From Pirellulaceae bacterium (GTDB taxonomy: Bacteria; Planctomycetota; Planctomycetia; Pirellulales; Pirellulaceae): a stretch of 64,000 bases of DNA. The stretch spans positions 2,026-66,025 of the forward strand of contig JANQOL010000444.1 of the NCBI GenBank assembly GCA_028289675.1, in the 5' to 3' direction. Both the position numbers and the translations under genes were made by a program. Below are positions 10,827 to 22,798 of this stretch, in pieces. Position 1 is the stretch's first letter; each line of letters opens with the position of its first letter. Under the pieces are notes generated by a model. It saw only the letters and a program-made list of their open reading frames with translations, did not search any database and was not told the DNA's origin.

Positions 10827-10847
10827 ATTGGCCGGCGTATTCGGCGA

Positions 10848-11594
10848 CTACTGCGCGGTAAAGCCGCCGTCCAGCGTGATTGCTTGTCCCGTTGTCCAAG
10901 TAGCGTCATGGCACAACCAGTAGACCGCCGAGGCAATCTCGTCGGGCGTGCCGCTACGGCCCATGGGATGCATGCCTTCGATGGCTTGTTCCATCTCCGG
11001 ATTCTTGCCGGTAAATCGATCGTATAGGTCTGTTTTTACCGCACCCGGACAAACTGCATTTACGCGCACGTTTTGCTGGGCGAATTCCAACGCCACCGAA
11101 CGAGTCAGTCCTAGCACCGCGTGCTTGCTGGCGATGTAAAGCGGAATGTTCGCCATGCCGATCACGGAAGCAACGGAACCCGTATTGACGATGGCGCCTC
11201 CTCCATTTTCCAACATCCTTGGAATCTCGTGCTGCATGCACAGCCACACACCCTTGACGTTGACGTCGATGATGCGGCGGTAGTCTTCGTCCGATTGATC
11301 AGCCAACGGCGTGGGAGCTTGTTCTACTCCGGCGTTGTTGAATGCATAGTCCAGCCGCCCCAGTTCATTACACGTCTTGTCGATGGCCGCCACCACGTCG
11401 GACTCGTGCGTTACGTCGCCAGCAAACGTAGCGCACTTCACTCCACAAGCTTCCACCTGGGACTTGACCATCGCGTTGGCGTCCTCGCGCCGACCAAGAA
11501 TGGCCACGTGGCAACCCGACTTGGCGAACTTGACAGCGGTGGCCAGCCCGATGCCGGCATTGCCGCCGGTAATGAAGACAACTTTCTCGGTCAT
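10848..11594 (-). CDS. Classical SDR oxidoreductase
   Basis: [17 protein letters not shown] catalytic motif, [12 protein letters not shown]. Confidence 0.95.
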   Translation of the reverse strand: MTEKVVFITGGNAGIGLATAVKFAKSGCHVAILGRREDANAMVKSQVEACGVKCATFAGDVTHESDVVAAIDKTCNELGRLDYAFNNAGVEQAPTPLADQSDEDYRRIIDVNVKGVWLCMQHEIPRMLENGGGAIVNTGSVASVIGMANIPLYIASKHAVLGLTRSVALEFAQQNVRVNAVCPGAVKTDLYDRFTGKNPEMEQAIEGMHPMGRSGTPDEIASAVYWLCHDATWTTGQAITLDGGFTAQ

Positions 11595-11718
11595 AGATCT
11601 GCCCTCTGGCTTGTTCGCGATACTTGGGTTTGGCAGACAGGACCTTCTGCAGCAATCCGCCAGGCCCACGTTGAGCTCAGTTCAATGAGCTTGTCTGACA
11701 TAGCCAAATACGCGTTTC

Positions 11719-12009
11719 CTAAGAATCCTCGATCTGCACGCCCTTCCAAAAGGCAACGCGATTCTGAATGTTCGCCGACTCAGGCTTGGGCGACTCGTAA
11801 AACCAAGCCGCATCCTCGTTTTCCTGGCCGTTCACTAGCAGCGAGTAATAACTGGCCGTGCCTTTGCAACCGCACACCGAAGTGGTCTGCGAGGGCTGGA
11901 AGTACTCACGAGCAATCGATTCGGGTGGGAAATAGTGATTGCCTTCGACAACCACGGTATCGTCGGATTCGGCAACGACAACTCCATTCCAAACGGCGCG
12001 AGGCATCAT
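11719..12009 (-). CDS. DUF427 domain protein
   Basis: WNGVVVAESDDTVVVEGNHYFP...KGTASYYSL...AAWFY...VAFW. Confidence 0.9.
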   Translation of the reverse strand: MMPRAVWNGVVVAESDDTVVVEGNHYFPPESIAREYFQPSQTTSVCGCKGTASYYSLLVNGQENEDAAWFYESPKPESANIQNRVAFWKGVQIEDS

Positions 12010-12046
12010 TGACTCCAGTGAATTTGATTGTCAACTAACAAAAAGA

Positions 12047-13450
<1,404 letters not shown>

Positions 13451-13809
13451 TTATCCGGCAAATCGCGCGGTTCGAGAAGCCCACCGGCCGACTGAACCAA
13501 GGCAAGTCAGAGTTTGAAATTGGACACGCATTGAGTTCATTCGCTGAACAGCACTTGTCACGATTTTCCCTATCAAGCCGTCCGAGCGCGATGCGACGAA
13601 TCCGCGCAAGTCGACGCCTTTAATTTGCCTAGCCAACTCCACTGGCAATTGCACGTTGGCCGGCCTGCGCCGTGAAACCTTCGGAGACAGCAATGCCAGC
13701 TTTCATCCGGAGTCCGCATCGATGTTCGCCGTCTGCGAGTGAAACCCTCAAGATTTAGAAAGCTTCAACACCGCGCGAAAACTTGGCCACTTTATCGCCA
13801 CGTGGCGCG

Positions 13810-13837
13810 TTGCTTCGACCAACGGGTGTGCGATAAT
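13810..13837 (+). promoter_or_regulatory. Candidate sigma70 promoter for the gene at 13901
   Basis: TTGCTT, 16-bp spacer ending in TGc, then GATAAT (extended -10). Confidence 0.35.
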
Positions 13838-13900
13838 GCGGGCGCGCAAGACGGCGGTCACGTGTTCCTTTTAACTGTAGCGAAGTAGGGAGTCCTTTCC

Positions 13901-14998
13901 ATGTTGCGAATCCAACTGCGTCGAAAACTGGCATTGTGCATGTGGCTTACCAGTCTGGTTCTACCCGGGCAGCTGTTAGCCGATCATCATGGGATGCACC
14001 AGGGCAATCCCCAATTGAAACAGGCAGGTCCGCTGGCCTTTGGTCCGGATGGGGTCTTGTTCGTCGGCGATTCCATGGGCGGTGCGGTTTATGCCATCGA
14101 AACTGGAGACAACTCTGGAACCGGTAACGCTGCGGTCAATGTCGATGGTCTAAATCAACAAATCGCAGCCAAGCTCGGAACGAGCGCCGAAGAGACATTG
14201 ATCAACGACATGGCGGTAAATCCAGCCAGCGGCAGCATCTATTTCTCCGTATCGCGAGGTCGTGGTCCGGACGCGCAAGCCGTGATCTTTAAAGCGGATG
14301 CCAAGGGGGAACTGACCGAGTTCGATCTGACGGACGTTCACTTCGCCAAAGCCGACTTGAATGATGCGCCTGACGCTTCGCAGAAATACCGCGGCCGAAG
14401 CATGCGGGCCAGCGCCATCACCGATCTGCAATTCGTCGACGGACGAGTCATTGTCGCGGGTCTGTCGAACGAAGAATTCGCCTCCAAATTGCGTGTACTG
14501 GAGTTCCCCTTCAGTGACCAACAGCAATCGTCCAGCATCGAAGTCTATCATGGCGCGCACGGTCGACTGGAAACCGCTTCGCCGGTTCGAACGTTTATCA
14601 CCTATGAGAACACCGTACTGGCTGCCTACACGTGCACGCCTTTGGTAACGATCCCCGTAGAAGATTTGACGGGACAGAAAATCACGGGCAAAACCGTGGC
14701 AGAACTTGGCAATCGCAACAATCCGCTGGACATGATTGTCTACCGCAAGGGCGAGCAAGACTACTTGCTGTTGGCCAACAGCGCTCGGGGCGTCATGAAA
14801 ATGGAACTGAGCAAAGCCGCCTTGGATGCCACCGAGTCGATTAACAGTCGAATTCGCGGCACCGCCGGCCTGGGCTATGAAACGCTGGATCAGTTCGAAA
14901 ACGTAGTGCAACTCGACAAACTCAATGACCAACATGCGGTCATGCTGGTGCAAAGTTCAGCCGGCCAAGTGGATTTGAAGACCGTAGCGCTTCCTTAG
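13901..14998 (+). CDS. Secreted hypothetical protein (beta-propeller-like)
   Basis: GGGAG RBS, signal peptide, repeated blade-like motifs (GPLAFGPDGVLFVGD, INDMAVNP, PLDMIVY). Confidence 0.7.
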   Translation: MLRIQLRRKLALCMWLTSLVLPGQLLADHHGMHQGNPQLKQAGPLAFGPDGVLFVGDSMGGAVYAIETGDNSGTGNAAVNVDGLNQQIAAKLGTSAEETLINDMAVNPASGSIYFSVSRGRGPDAQAVIFKADAKGELTEFDLTDVHFAKADLNDAPDASQKYRGRSMRASAITDLQFVDGRVIVAGLSNEEFASKLRVLEFPFSDQQQSSSIEVYHGAHGRLETASPVRTFITYENTVLAAYTCTPLVTIPVEDLTGQKITGKTVAELGNRNNPLDMIVYRKGEQDYLLLANSARGVMKMELSKAALDATESINSRIRGTAGLGYETLDQFENVVQLDKLNDQHAVMLVQSSAGQVDLKTVALP

Positions 14999-15175
14999 TC
15001 ACTCGGAAATCCAATTCGCAGTAACAGTGCCGGGACCGGTCAACGCTCGCGGAGATCGGTCCCGTCTCGGTTTGGTCCCGGCGCGAGGTTCATCGGTCCC
15101 ACGCAACTGCCTCCAATCAATGACGCGGAACCGCCTGATCAAGCCATCGAACAGATCGATCGTGGGAGGACACTG

Positions 15176-16336
15176 ATGACACGTCTAGTTGCGGCCCCGT
15201 ACGCCCAGCGCTGCTGTGGGGTAACGTGCGTTTGGCTGGCAGCGTGCTGCTGGCTGGTATCTCCGGTCTCTTGGGCTCAAGACGCGGATTCGCTGACGCG
15301 CCAGCTATCGTCTGCAGTGTCGTTGCGGCTCGTCACGACGGCACCAGAACACTTCTCTCTTTCGGGTATCGAAGTGACCAAGTCGGACGAACCACTGTTT
15401 GCCGTCACCGTCGACTCGGCGTTGGACGTCAAAACGCCCGCCATGCTCGGCACCTATGAGCGGCGGAAGGATTCGCTGCGATTCTACCCGCGATTCCCGC
15501 TCAGCCCGCGAGTCACCTATCACGTGCGACTCAGTGAGAAGCTGAAACGGAAATTCCCCGATCACCCAGAACTGCGGTTCACACTGCCCAAACCTCCGGC
15601 GCCGACTCCGGTCGTCGACGGTGTGTACCCCTCGGCGTCCGAACTGCCCGAGAATTTGCTGAAGTTTTACGTCCACTTTTCGCAGCCCATGTCACGGGGT
15701 GAAGCCTATCGGCGCATTACTCTTTGGCGCGATGACGAACCGGTTGAAGATCCGTTTTTGGAACTCGGCGAGGAACTTTGGAATGCCCGCCAAACTCGTT
15801 TTACGCTGTTCATCCACCCTGGCCGCATCAAGCGGGGACTAAAGCCGCGCGAGGACATCGGCCCCGCCCTGTCGGCGGGCAATCAGTTTAAATTGCGAAT
15901 CGACGCGGGCTGGGTTTCGGCGGCGGGAGAGCCCCTGGACCAGACCTATGAAAAACAGTTTTCGGTGGTGTCACCAGATCATGAGCAGCCCAATCCGGAA
16001 CGCTGGCAGTTGGACACGCCCGATCGAGCAACTCGCCAACCCGTCCGACTACGGTTCGACGAGGCACTGGACCACGCGATGCTCCAGCGCGTACTGACGG
16101 TCCACTGGCGTGATGGTCCGCCCGTCCCAGGCCACGTGGCAGTCACTGACGGTGAAAGTTCCTGGTCGTTCGTTCCGGCGACAGATTGGGCCGCCGGAAC
16201 GTACGCTATTCATATTGCCGCCAACTTGGAAGACCTGTCCGGCAATAGCATCGCGCGTCCGTTTGAAGTCAAGATGCAGCAGCAGGTGGCAGCGAGCCCT
16301 AGCACCAACATTGCTGTTGAGTTTGTAGTGCGATAG
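15176..16336 (+). CDS. Secreted Ig-like (Big_5-type) domain protein
   Basis: GGAGG RBS, signal peptide, VYPS..LPENLLKFYVHFSQPM, LRFDEALD, LEDLSGN. Confidence 0.7.
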   Translation: MTRLVAAPYAQRCCGVTCVWLAACCWLVSPVSWAQDADSLTRQLSSAVSLRLVTTAPEHFSLSGIEVTKSDEPLFAVTVDSALDVKTPAMLGTYERRKDSLRFYPRFPLSPRVTYHVRLSEKLKRKFPDHPELRFTLPKPPAPTPVVDGVYPSASELPENLLKFYVHFSQPMSRGEAYRRITLWRDDEPVEDPFLELGEELWNARQTRFTLFIHPGRIKRGLKPREDIGPALSAGNQFKLRIDAGWVSAAGEPLDQTYEKQFSVVSPDHEQPNPERWQLDTPDRATRQPVRLRFDEALDHAMLQRVLTVHWRDGPPVPGHVAVTDGESSWSFVPATDWAAGTYAIHIAANLEDLSGNSIARPFEVKMQQQVAASPSTNIAVEFVVR

Positions 16337-16400
16337 GCCTGAGTACCTTGTCCGACTTCGTCGGCGGCGATTCAACCGGCGGTCTGTGTTGATGCGTTGC

Positions 16401-18107
16401 TCACTCAATACGTACGCTGGTCACCGACACCCGACCAAACTCCACCGGAGCTGTAAATCTCACTGCGGGCGTGTCCTCATCGACGCGTGGGCCCCGCATC
16501 GCAGCCGCCTTGGACAATCGCTGCAGACGGCCTTGCAACTGCTGGGCGGTTCCTCGGTAAACCAACCAGTGCCTCCGGTCGGGCTCCTCCAGGAGACGCT
16601 CCAGCCAGAGTTGGCTGTCCCCAAAAATCGCGTTCGGTTCGACACGCTCGGGCGGCCCCCCGCGTTCGACGGCATACACACTACGCAGCGGCAGCGAAAG
16701 ATAAGCCTCTTGCTGCTTGTCTAGCGGCAGGGTGAGCCCCCGGGCCTCAATCAGCCCACTGGCGCACCACAGTCGATCATCGCTGCCAATGCGTTGGCTG
16801 ACCCAGGCGGCCGCCGACTTCCACCCTTCGCCACGTTGCCAGCCGATGAAACGCCCTTGACTCCAGCGCTGCAGAGTGCCTTGACTGGCTGTCAACCATC
16901 CAAACGTGACCAGTAGCACAAGAACTTGCAGCCGTCGGTCCTTCAATTGCAACACTAACAAGCTGGCAGCCATCACCAGTGGCAGCGCAGCACCGAGCAC
17001 GTAGCGGCGATGCATCATGGGTGCGATATCCCAGGCGGTGACACACCATACAATCCCCAGCGGGGCCAAGGCAGCCCACCACCAACCGATCGTCTGCGTG
17101 GCGAGAGTCGAGCTCTCAGCTGCAACTGATTGCTCTATTTGCAGCTTGCCGCTTCGCCACCAAAACACAAATTCATGCACCGCAAAAACAGACAATGCCG
17201 GTATCAGCCACGGCAGGATGGGAAACAAATGCACTAAGGCGTCGATAGATGCATCGCCCGCAAAACTGGACCACTGGGCGCGCCGCTGCCAAACAGGCTG
17301 CGCCAACCAACACGCGGGCAACACGGCCACCAGACAACCCAGCAGCCAAGCAAGTCGGCTGGCCATTTCTCTTCGCGAACATTTCGCGGCGCGGCAAGCC
17401 AGCCACGCGGCTTGGCAAGCCAACGGAATCAGGGCCACGATGTGCAGGTACGTTGCCAGTACCGACAGCGCGCACCAAGCGGCCAGGCTCCGATGCGTGT
17501 TACCAACAGGTTTTGCACGAGTGGCCTGAAACACCAACACCCACGCCAGCAAGCCCAGCCACTGGCACAATCCGTAGACGCGAGCTTCCGTAGCGTAGAA
17601 CAGCTGAATGCGTTCCACAGAGACAAACGCCAGCACGCACGCAGCCGCCATGAGAGGCCGGCCATTTTCGAGGCTGGACAATCGCCAGTGAATCAGACCC
17701 GCGCACAGTGCCAGACTGAGCAGAGACAACAGTCGAAACACCCACTCGCTGTGCCCAAGTGTCGAAACCAGCGGCCATAAAAGGTAGAAGTAACCTGACG
17801 ACTGATTGCCGGCGGCGGCCCGCTCGGGAATCTGATCCCAAGTGCCGGCAACCGTCCAACTGGTGTGCAATTCGTCGAGCCACAGCGTTTCCCCAGCTCC
17901 GGCACTGGCCATGCCCAAAACCAGCAAACCCACCGCGCAGGGCCACCAAAAGGACTGTTTTCCGACTGCGGCTGGCCGCACACTTGACTGTCGGGCACTC
18001 GCGTTGTGCAATGGAACAGATGGGGAGTAAAATAGGGGGTTAGTACGGCAATTTGACACACCGCTGGCGATTCTGCTGGCCGCTGCCAATCTACGTTGGG
18101 GCATCAC
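16401..18107 (-). CDS. Multi-TM glycosyltransferase (GT39/PMT-like, GT-C)
   Basis: LWLDE motif after TM1, 'FRLLS', 'YATEARVY', many TM helices. True start probably downstream of 18107. Confidence 0.75.
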   Translation of the reverse strand: MMPQRRLAAASRIASGVSNCRTNPLFYSPSVPLHNASARQSSVRPAAVGKQSFWWPCAVGLLVLGMASAGAGETLWLDELHTSWTVAGTWDQIPERAAAGNQSSGYFYLLWPLVSTLGHSEWVFRLLSLLSLALCAGLIHWRLSSLENGRPLMAAACVLAFVSVERIQLFYATEARVYGLCQWLGLLAWVLVFQATRAKPVGNTHRSLAAWCALSVLATYLHIVALIPLACQAAWLACRAAKCSRREMASRLAWLLGCLVAVLPACWLAQPVWQRRAQWSSFAGDASIDALVHLFPILPWLIPALSVFAVHEFVFWWRSGKLQIEQSVAAESSTLATQTIGWWWAALAPLGIVWCVTAWDIAPMMHRRYVLGAALPLVMAASLLVLQLKDRRLQVLVLLVTFGWLTASQGTLQRWSQGRFIGWQRGEGWKSAAAWVSQRIGSDDRLWCASGLIEARGLTLPLDKQQEAYLSLPLRSVYAVERGGPPERVEPNAIFGDSQLWLERLLEEPDRRHWLVYRGTAQQLQGRLQRLSKAAAMRGPRVDEDTPAVRFTAPVEFGRVSVTSVRIE

Positions 18108-18237
18108 CCGCGTAGATTGTACGTTCGTTGTCCGTCGACCTGAGCAAGTTCTTGTCTTACGCTTGCGCCCTCAACATCGACCCGCGACTGCTGGAATGCC
18201 CAGTGTACTCGTCGGTCGCGGGCGAAGGAAATTCCTC

Positions 18238-20202
18238 ATGCTGCAATATTCTCGATCCCACAGCGGTTCGACGCACAGGTCTCCGTCTCTACTAGCCAAG
18301 CAACGTCGGGCCCACCGGAGCGGCTTTACCTTGTTGGAAGTGCTCATTGCGACCGCAGTGACCTTGCTGATGATGATTTCGCTGGCACAGATCTTCAAGG
18401 TGATCGGTGACAGTATGAAGCAGGGCCGCGCCGCTCTGGAGTTGAATAATCGACTGCGAAGTGTGGCACTGCGCATTCGGAGTGACCTGGAGCATTTGAC
18501 CGTCATTCCCGATCCTCCGGGAAATCCTTCCGAGGGTCAGGGCTACCTGAAGCTGTACGACGGCTCCATGACGGACTTCAGCGCGAACTCTTTGGATCCT
18601 CAGTTGAATCGCCTGGGCGACGTGGACGACATCGTCATGGGCACCGTCCAGGCGCGGGACGTGTGGTTCACCGGCAAGGTACCTCGTTTTGTCTTGACGG
18701 GCACATCACCCGCCGTGCCCGCCGATTTGGAGTTGGTATCCATCGCCTCTCAAAATGCTGAAATCGCCTTGTTTGTTCAGCCCACGGTGGCGGAAACCAA
18801 CTTGAATTACCCGACCATCAGCAATCCGCTGCGCGATCCATCGTATCTGGCTGGCTACACCGATTTCTTTGAGGACGTCGACAATAACAACGTGCCTGAC
18901 AGTTATCGCCTGCATTATCGGGTCTTGCTCATTCGTCCCGATTTGAATCTGCCAATTGGCCGCTTGCCCGCCAGTCTGCCTGCCGATCCGGAGATTTTTC
19001 GGGCTGGGCCGCAAGTATTGACGCTCCCGGATTCGACCACGGTGAACTTGCCCAGCCCACTGTGCGACATGTCGGCCATTCATTCGCTGTGCGATTTGTC
19101 CGTCCGTAGAATCTATGATCCTTCAGACATGCTGCCGGGCACGGACGACTACATCGCCGCAAACAGCCTGGAGGATTTGGTCAATCCGGCGAATCGATTT
19201 GCTCACGTACAATTTCCGATACCGGGAACGTCTTCAACCACCATGCCGCTGTTGGCACTGAGCCAGGCAGCCTCGGCGGTCTACACCGATGAGCCTGCTG
19301 GAAACCTAGGCGGCCCGGGATTTCTAGTGGGCACGGGGTTTCTCCACCCCGCTTTCCAACTGCAACATCCACCGTCCGGTGATACACGGGTCGGCGAGGA
19401 CATCTTGGCGAATGACATCCTGGCCTTTGACGTGAAAGGCTTTGACAACGGCGTTCCGCTGTTGCCTTCGCTGGGCCCCGACGGCGCATTCGGAATAGCT
19501 GGGGTCAACGACGACGGACAAGGTGCCGTCGACGACGCGGCCGAATTTGGTTGGGCTGGCTCGGACGACGCCATTTTGTCTCCCAACGACCCGGGCTATA
19601 TCAACGTGCTGGGCTCTGCACCCGTGGGTACGGGCGAATATGTGGATCTGGGCTGGGGCCGCAAAACGGTGTTGCACGCTTTGAGCACCACTCCACCAAC
19701 TCCCGTACCGGGCAACGCCAATTTGTGGAGCCAGCTGAGCGGCTACTCGTCGACCAACTACGCCACCAATGGCGCGGCCCGGGGCTACAGCACGGGCATG
19801 TACGGCTCGGGACAAGTAATCACCACTCCAGGTGGAGCACTGCACGTGTTGCAGCCCAGTTTTGACACTTGGACCAGCAGTTACGAAGGTGACGGAATCC
19901 TGCAAGCCTATCGCAGCGGACGCGAGGGGGTTACACGCATTAGCGGCACCGTCGCCCTGTTCGGTACAGGCGCATCGGACGTACCTAACGCCGTGCCGGC
20001 CTGGAGACGCGTCAGCTTCGATGCTGCCAACGACGGCATCGACAACAATTTGGCCGGTGGTGTCGATGACGTTTCGGAGTTGGAAACGATGGCTCCCTTC
20101 CCCGTCAAACTGCGTGGCATGAAGCTGATCGTGCGGATGGAAGACGTGGCCACGCGACAGATCAAGCAAATGTCGATTGCCCGAGAATTCGTCTCGCAAT
20201 AG
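18238..20202 (+). CDS. Prepilin-type N-terminal cleavage/methylation protein (PulJ/PilW-like pseudopilin)
   Basis: Basic leader followed by G|FTLLEVLIA; AAGGA RBS; C-terminal 'LRGMKLIVRMED..TRQIKQMSI'. Confidence 0.85.
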   Translation: MLQYSRSHSGSTHRSPSLLAKQRRAHRSGFTLLEVLIATAVTLLMMISLAQIFKVIGDSMKQGRAALELNNRLRSVALRIRSDLEHLTVIPDPPGNPSEGQGYLKLYDGSMTDFSANSLDPQLNRLGDVDDIVMGTVQARDVWFTGKVPRFVLTGTSPAVPADLELVSIASQNAEIALFVQPTVAETNLNYPTISNPLRDPSYLAGYTDFFEDVDNNNVPDSYRLHYRVLLIRPDLNLPIGRLPASLPADPEIFRAGPQVLTLPDSTTVNLPSPLCDMSAIHSLCDLSVRRIYDPSDMLPGTDDYIAANSLEDLVNPANRFAHVQFPIPGTSSTTMPLLALSQAASAVYTDEPAGNLGGPGFLVGTGFLHPAFQLQHPPSGDTRVGEDILANDILAFDVKGFDNGVPLLPSLGPDGAFGIAGVNDDGQGAVDDAAEFGWAGSDDAILSPNDPGYINVLGSAPVGTGEYVDLGWGRKTVLHALSTTPPTPVPGNANLWSQLSGYSSTNYATNGAARGYSTGMYGSGQVITTPGGALHVLQPSFDTWTSSYEGDGILQAYRSGREGVTRISGTVALFGTGASDVPNAVPAWRRVSFDAANDGIDNNLAGGVDDVSELETMAPFPVKLRGMKLIVRMEDVATRQIKQMSIAREFVSQ

Positions 20203-20217
20203 CCCACCGATCCGCGC

Positions 20218-20622
20218 ATGCATCGTATTCGACTGCGACCGCCTTGGCAGGCCCGCTGGTGCCCTGTCGAGCCATCCGACGATCGCCTAATCGCGGTCGA
20301 GTACGAGCGCAAATTTCACCGGCCCACCGGCTTGGCCGACCATCAGCGGGTGCAGATCGAGCTGACCGCAGCAGACCCTCCACCGGACCTGGAGACCGAA
20401 GCGATGGACTGGAGTGCTTGGAGCGCTGCATGCAATAGCCAGCCACTGGAGCTGCTGGTCCAATCGCCAAACTGTGCGACCGCGGAAGTATCCTCGGCAC
20501 TGGACGCTTTCAATAACTTGCACCTAGTGGTACGGCTGCCTAGCCGACCGGAGCCGGCTGACGCTCAAGAACCACCCGCACTGGCGCGGCTGTTGTCGGT
20601 CGAGCTGCAAATACTCGACTAG
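20218..20622 (+). CDS. Hypothetical protein (sugar-binding beta-sandwich-like)
   Basis: MHRIRLRPPW...YERKFHRPTGL...V.LQI; starts 15 bp after the pseudopilin gene. Confidence 0.6.
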   Translation: MHRIRLRPPWQARWCPVEPSDDRLIAVEYERKFHRPTGLADHQRVQIELTAADPPPDLETEAMDWSAWSAACNSQPLELLVQSPNCATAEVSSALDAFNNLHLVVRLPSRPEPADAQEPPALARLLSVELQILD

Positions 20623-20785
20623 CATCGGACCGACCAACGCGAGCCGCCCGCTGGAAACGGTCCTGCAGCCGGATGCATGACGAATCTACCTACGCACGGG
20701 TGGTTTTGATGCAGGCAGCTGGCAGTTAAAGTAGACTTCTACTTTGCCGACTGGCCGCAAGTTCCCTCTTCATCAAGCTCCCAAG

Positions 20786-22078
20786 ATGCTACCTCGCCAA
20801 TTTACTGGAGTCCGCGGACTGGCGATCTGCGTGGTGGCTCTGCTGTGGCTGGGCGGATGCAGCCAAAAAACGCCCCCGGTCGAGTCCAATCCGGAGACGG
20901 AATCAACCGCGCCGGACAGCAATGCCATTGCACCACTGGGAGCGTTCGAGTTGGACGCAGATTTGCTGCGCGCCGCGGCACTGACACCCGAGCAGCTGTC
21001 TCAAGGCTGGGTGCGGCTGTTCGACGGAAGCACACTGTTCGGCTGGTTTGTCGTCGGCAATGCCAACTGGACCATTAGCGACGGCGTGCTGAGTGTTGAC
21101 CGTGGCGAGCGGAGTTACCTGTGCACCAGTATCCAAGTAACCGATTTCGAGTTGATGTTGGATTTTCGTTGTGACGCGGACACCAATAGCGGCATCTTCC
21201 TGAGAACAGACCCGCAACCGGAAGACGTAGCCCTGGACTGTTTGGAGCTCAATATCGCGCCGCCCGACAATCCATTTCCAACCGGCAGCTTTGTACAGCG
21301 CCGCAAAGTGGAATCCGAGGAGTTGGGCGAATTTGATCCCACCGAATGGCACACATATCGCGTCCGCTTGGCCGGAGATCAGGTGCAGGTGTTTCTGAAT
21401 GAGCGGCCGATCACGGAATTGACCGACTTCAAATGCAAACCCAGCGGGCACATCAGTTTGCAACACAACAGCGGTCGCGTCGAGTTTCGCAACATCTTGT
21501 TTCGACCGATCGACCCCAAGCCGCTGGCCTTGGATCAAGATTGGGAAACGGACTGGGTCAAGTCAGAGGCCGAGGGAAAGAAGCTGGAAGTCACGCCGGA
21601 AAAGACGGGGCTCCGCTTGGTGGGCGGCCTCGGGCAGTTGCAATCCAAACAGCAATTCGACAACTTTGTGCTCCAAGCCAGCTACTCGCTGGCTAAGCCC
21701 GAAGTCAACTCCGGCATATTCTTCCGCTGTGTGCCGGACGCGATGCTGGATGGCTACGAGTGTCAGGTCAACCACGCCACGATAAACGGGGATCCCTTCC
21801 AACCTGCGGACGCGGGAGCAGGAGCCATCTTTAGACGGCAGCCTGCGCGAATCGTGCTGGGAGATGGCACGACACAGAGCCATATCACCCTGTTCGCCAA
21901 TGGACCGCAGATCGCGACCTGGGTCGACGGTATCCAAGTCACCGACTTCCGCGACACACGCGAGCCCGATGAGAACCCGCGACGTGGTTTGCGGCTAGCG
22001 GCTGGTCCTGTCTCGCTGCAAGCCCACGACCCCGAAACCGATGTCGTCTTTCATACGCTGCTGATCAGCGAGCTATAG
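20786..22078 (+). CDS. Lipoprotein with two DUF1080 (3-keto-disaccharide hydrolase-like) domains
   Basis: Lipobox LGGC; GWVRLFDG..L.GW; NSGIF twice; GHISLQH; GPVSLQAHD. Confidence 0.88.
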   Translation: MLPRQFTGVRGLAICVVALLWLGGCSQKTPPVESNPETESTAPDSNAIAPLGAFELDADLLRAAALTPEQLSQGWVRLFDGSTLFGWFVVGNANWTISDGVLSVDRGERSYLCTSIQVTDFELMLDFRCDADTNSGIFLRTDPQPEDVALDCLELNIAPPDNPFPTGSFVQRRKVESEELGEFDPTEWHTYRVRLAGDQVQVFLNERPITELTDFKCKPSGHISLQHNSGRVEFRNILFRPIDPKPLALDQDWETDWVKSEAEGKKLEVTPEKTGLRLVGGLGQLQSKQQFDNFVLQASYSLAKPEVNSGIFFRCVPDAMLDGYECQVNHATINGDPFQPADAGAGAIFRRQPARIVLGDGTTQSHITLFANGPQIATWVDGIQVTDFRDTREPDENPRRGLRLAAGPVSLQAHDPETDVVFHTLLISEL

Positions 22079-22102
22079 TCAGCAAAGGCCTTAGGTTCGA
22101 TA

Positions 22103-22612
22103 TCAGTCGTTCTTGAATTGGCTGTCGATGAATCGCTCCAGGCCCGAGCGGTTGTCCTCGTTAATGATGATATGGTCACCTGGCAGCAACGCGTAGTTGC
22201 CCCCGACGCTGGTGGCTTTGCCATCCGAGTTGGTTCTCAGATCCAAACGTACTGGCGGAGCTTCGGATCCATTCGGACGCATGATGGATATCCGCAGGCG
22301 TCCGAAGCGTTCGCTCAGCTGCGCGTCGCGAACAATGTCTTCGACAAACACGGGACGGTCCATCGGCAGCGGCACACTTTCTAAATGCCGGTCTTCACTG
22401 CGAATCTCCAACACCACATGCGGGCCACTGCCGGCGACCTGCGGATCGATCTGCGTTGGCATACCGCCCGGCGGAATGGAATACCCTTGGGCCTGGAGCA
22501 AGCTGGTGTCCAATTCAGGAGACTTTTTCTGTCCCAGAAAGGCTGCTAGCGAAACGCACCCCGCTTGCGAGAGTACGACCGACAGGATGACAAAACGGGT
22601 TAGCGTGGGCAT
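22103..22612 (-). CDS. Putative lipoprotein (C-terminus like SLBB/polysaccharide export proteins)
   Basis: Lipobox-like QAGC; C-terminal 'NYALLPGDHIII'. Confidence 0.6.
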   Translation of the reverse strand: MPTLTRFVILSVVLSQAGCVSLAAFLGQKKSPELDTSLLQAQGYSIPPGGMPTQIDPQVAGSGPHVVLEIRSEDRHLESVPLPMDRPVFVEDIVRDAQLSERFGRLRISIMRPNGSEAPPVRLDLRTNSDGKATSVGGNYALLPGDHIIINEDNRSGLERFIDSQFKND

Positions 22613-22798
22613 GCTCTGAAATCCTTTCCAGCAGCGCTTAACAACACGGCAATTTGCGGCACCACCAAGAGTAGAAGTGCACTCGCGGGCCCGGGCAGAT
22701 CGGTGCCCTGGATGGGTATCGGCCAAGCAACTTGAGAAAATAAAGCGAAATCCGGATTTTCTCTACAACTTGCCTATTTCAACAACGCATTGACCGCG

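Noticed and set aside
11121-12038. 305-aa + strand ORF
   Set aside because: Antisense to the SDR and DUF427 genes; no motifs.
19324-20223. 299-aa - strand ORF
   Set aside because: Antisense shadow of the pseudopilin gene; common in GC-rich DNA.
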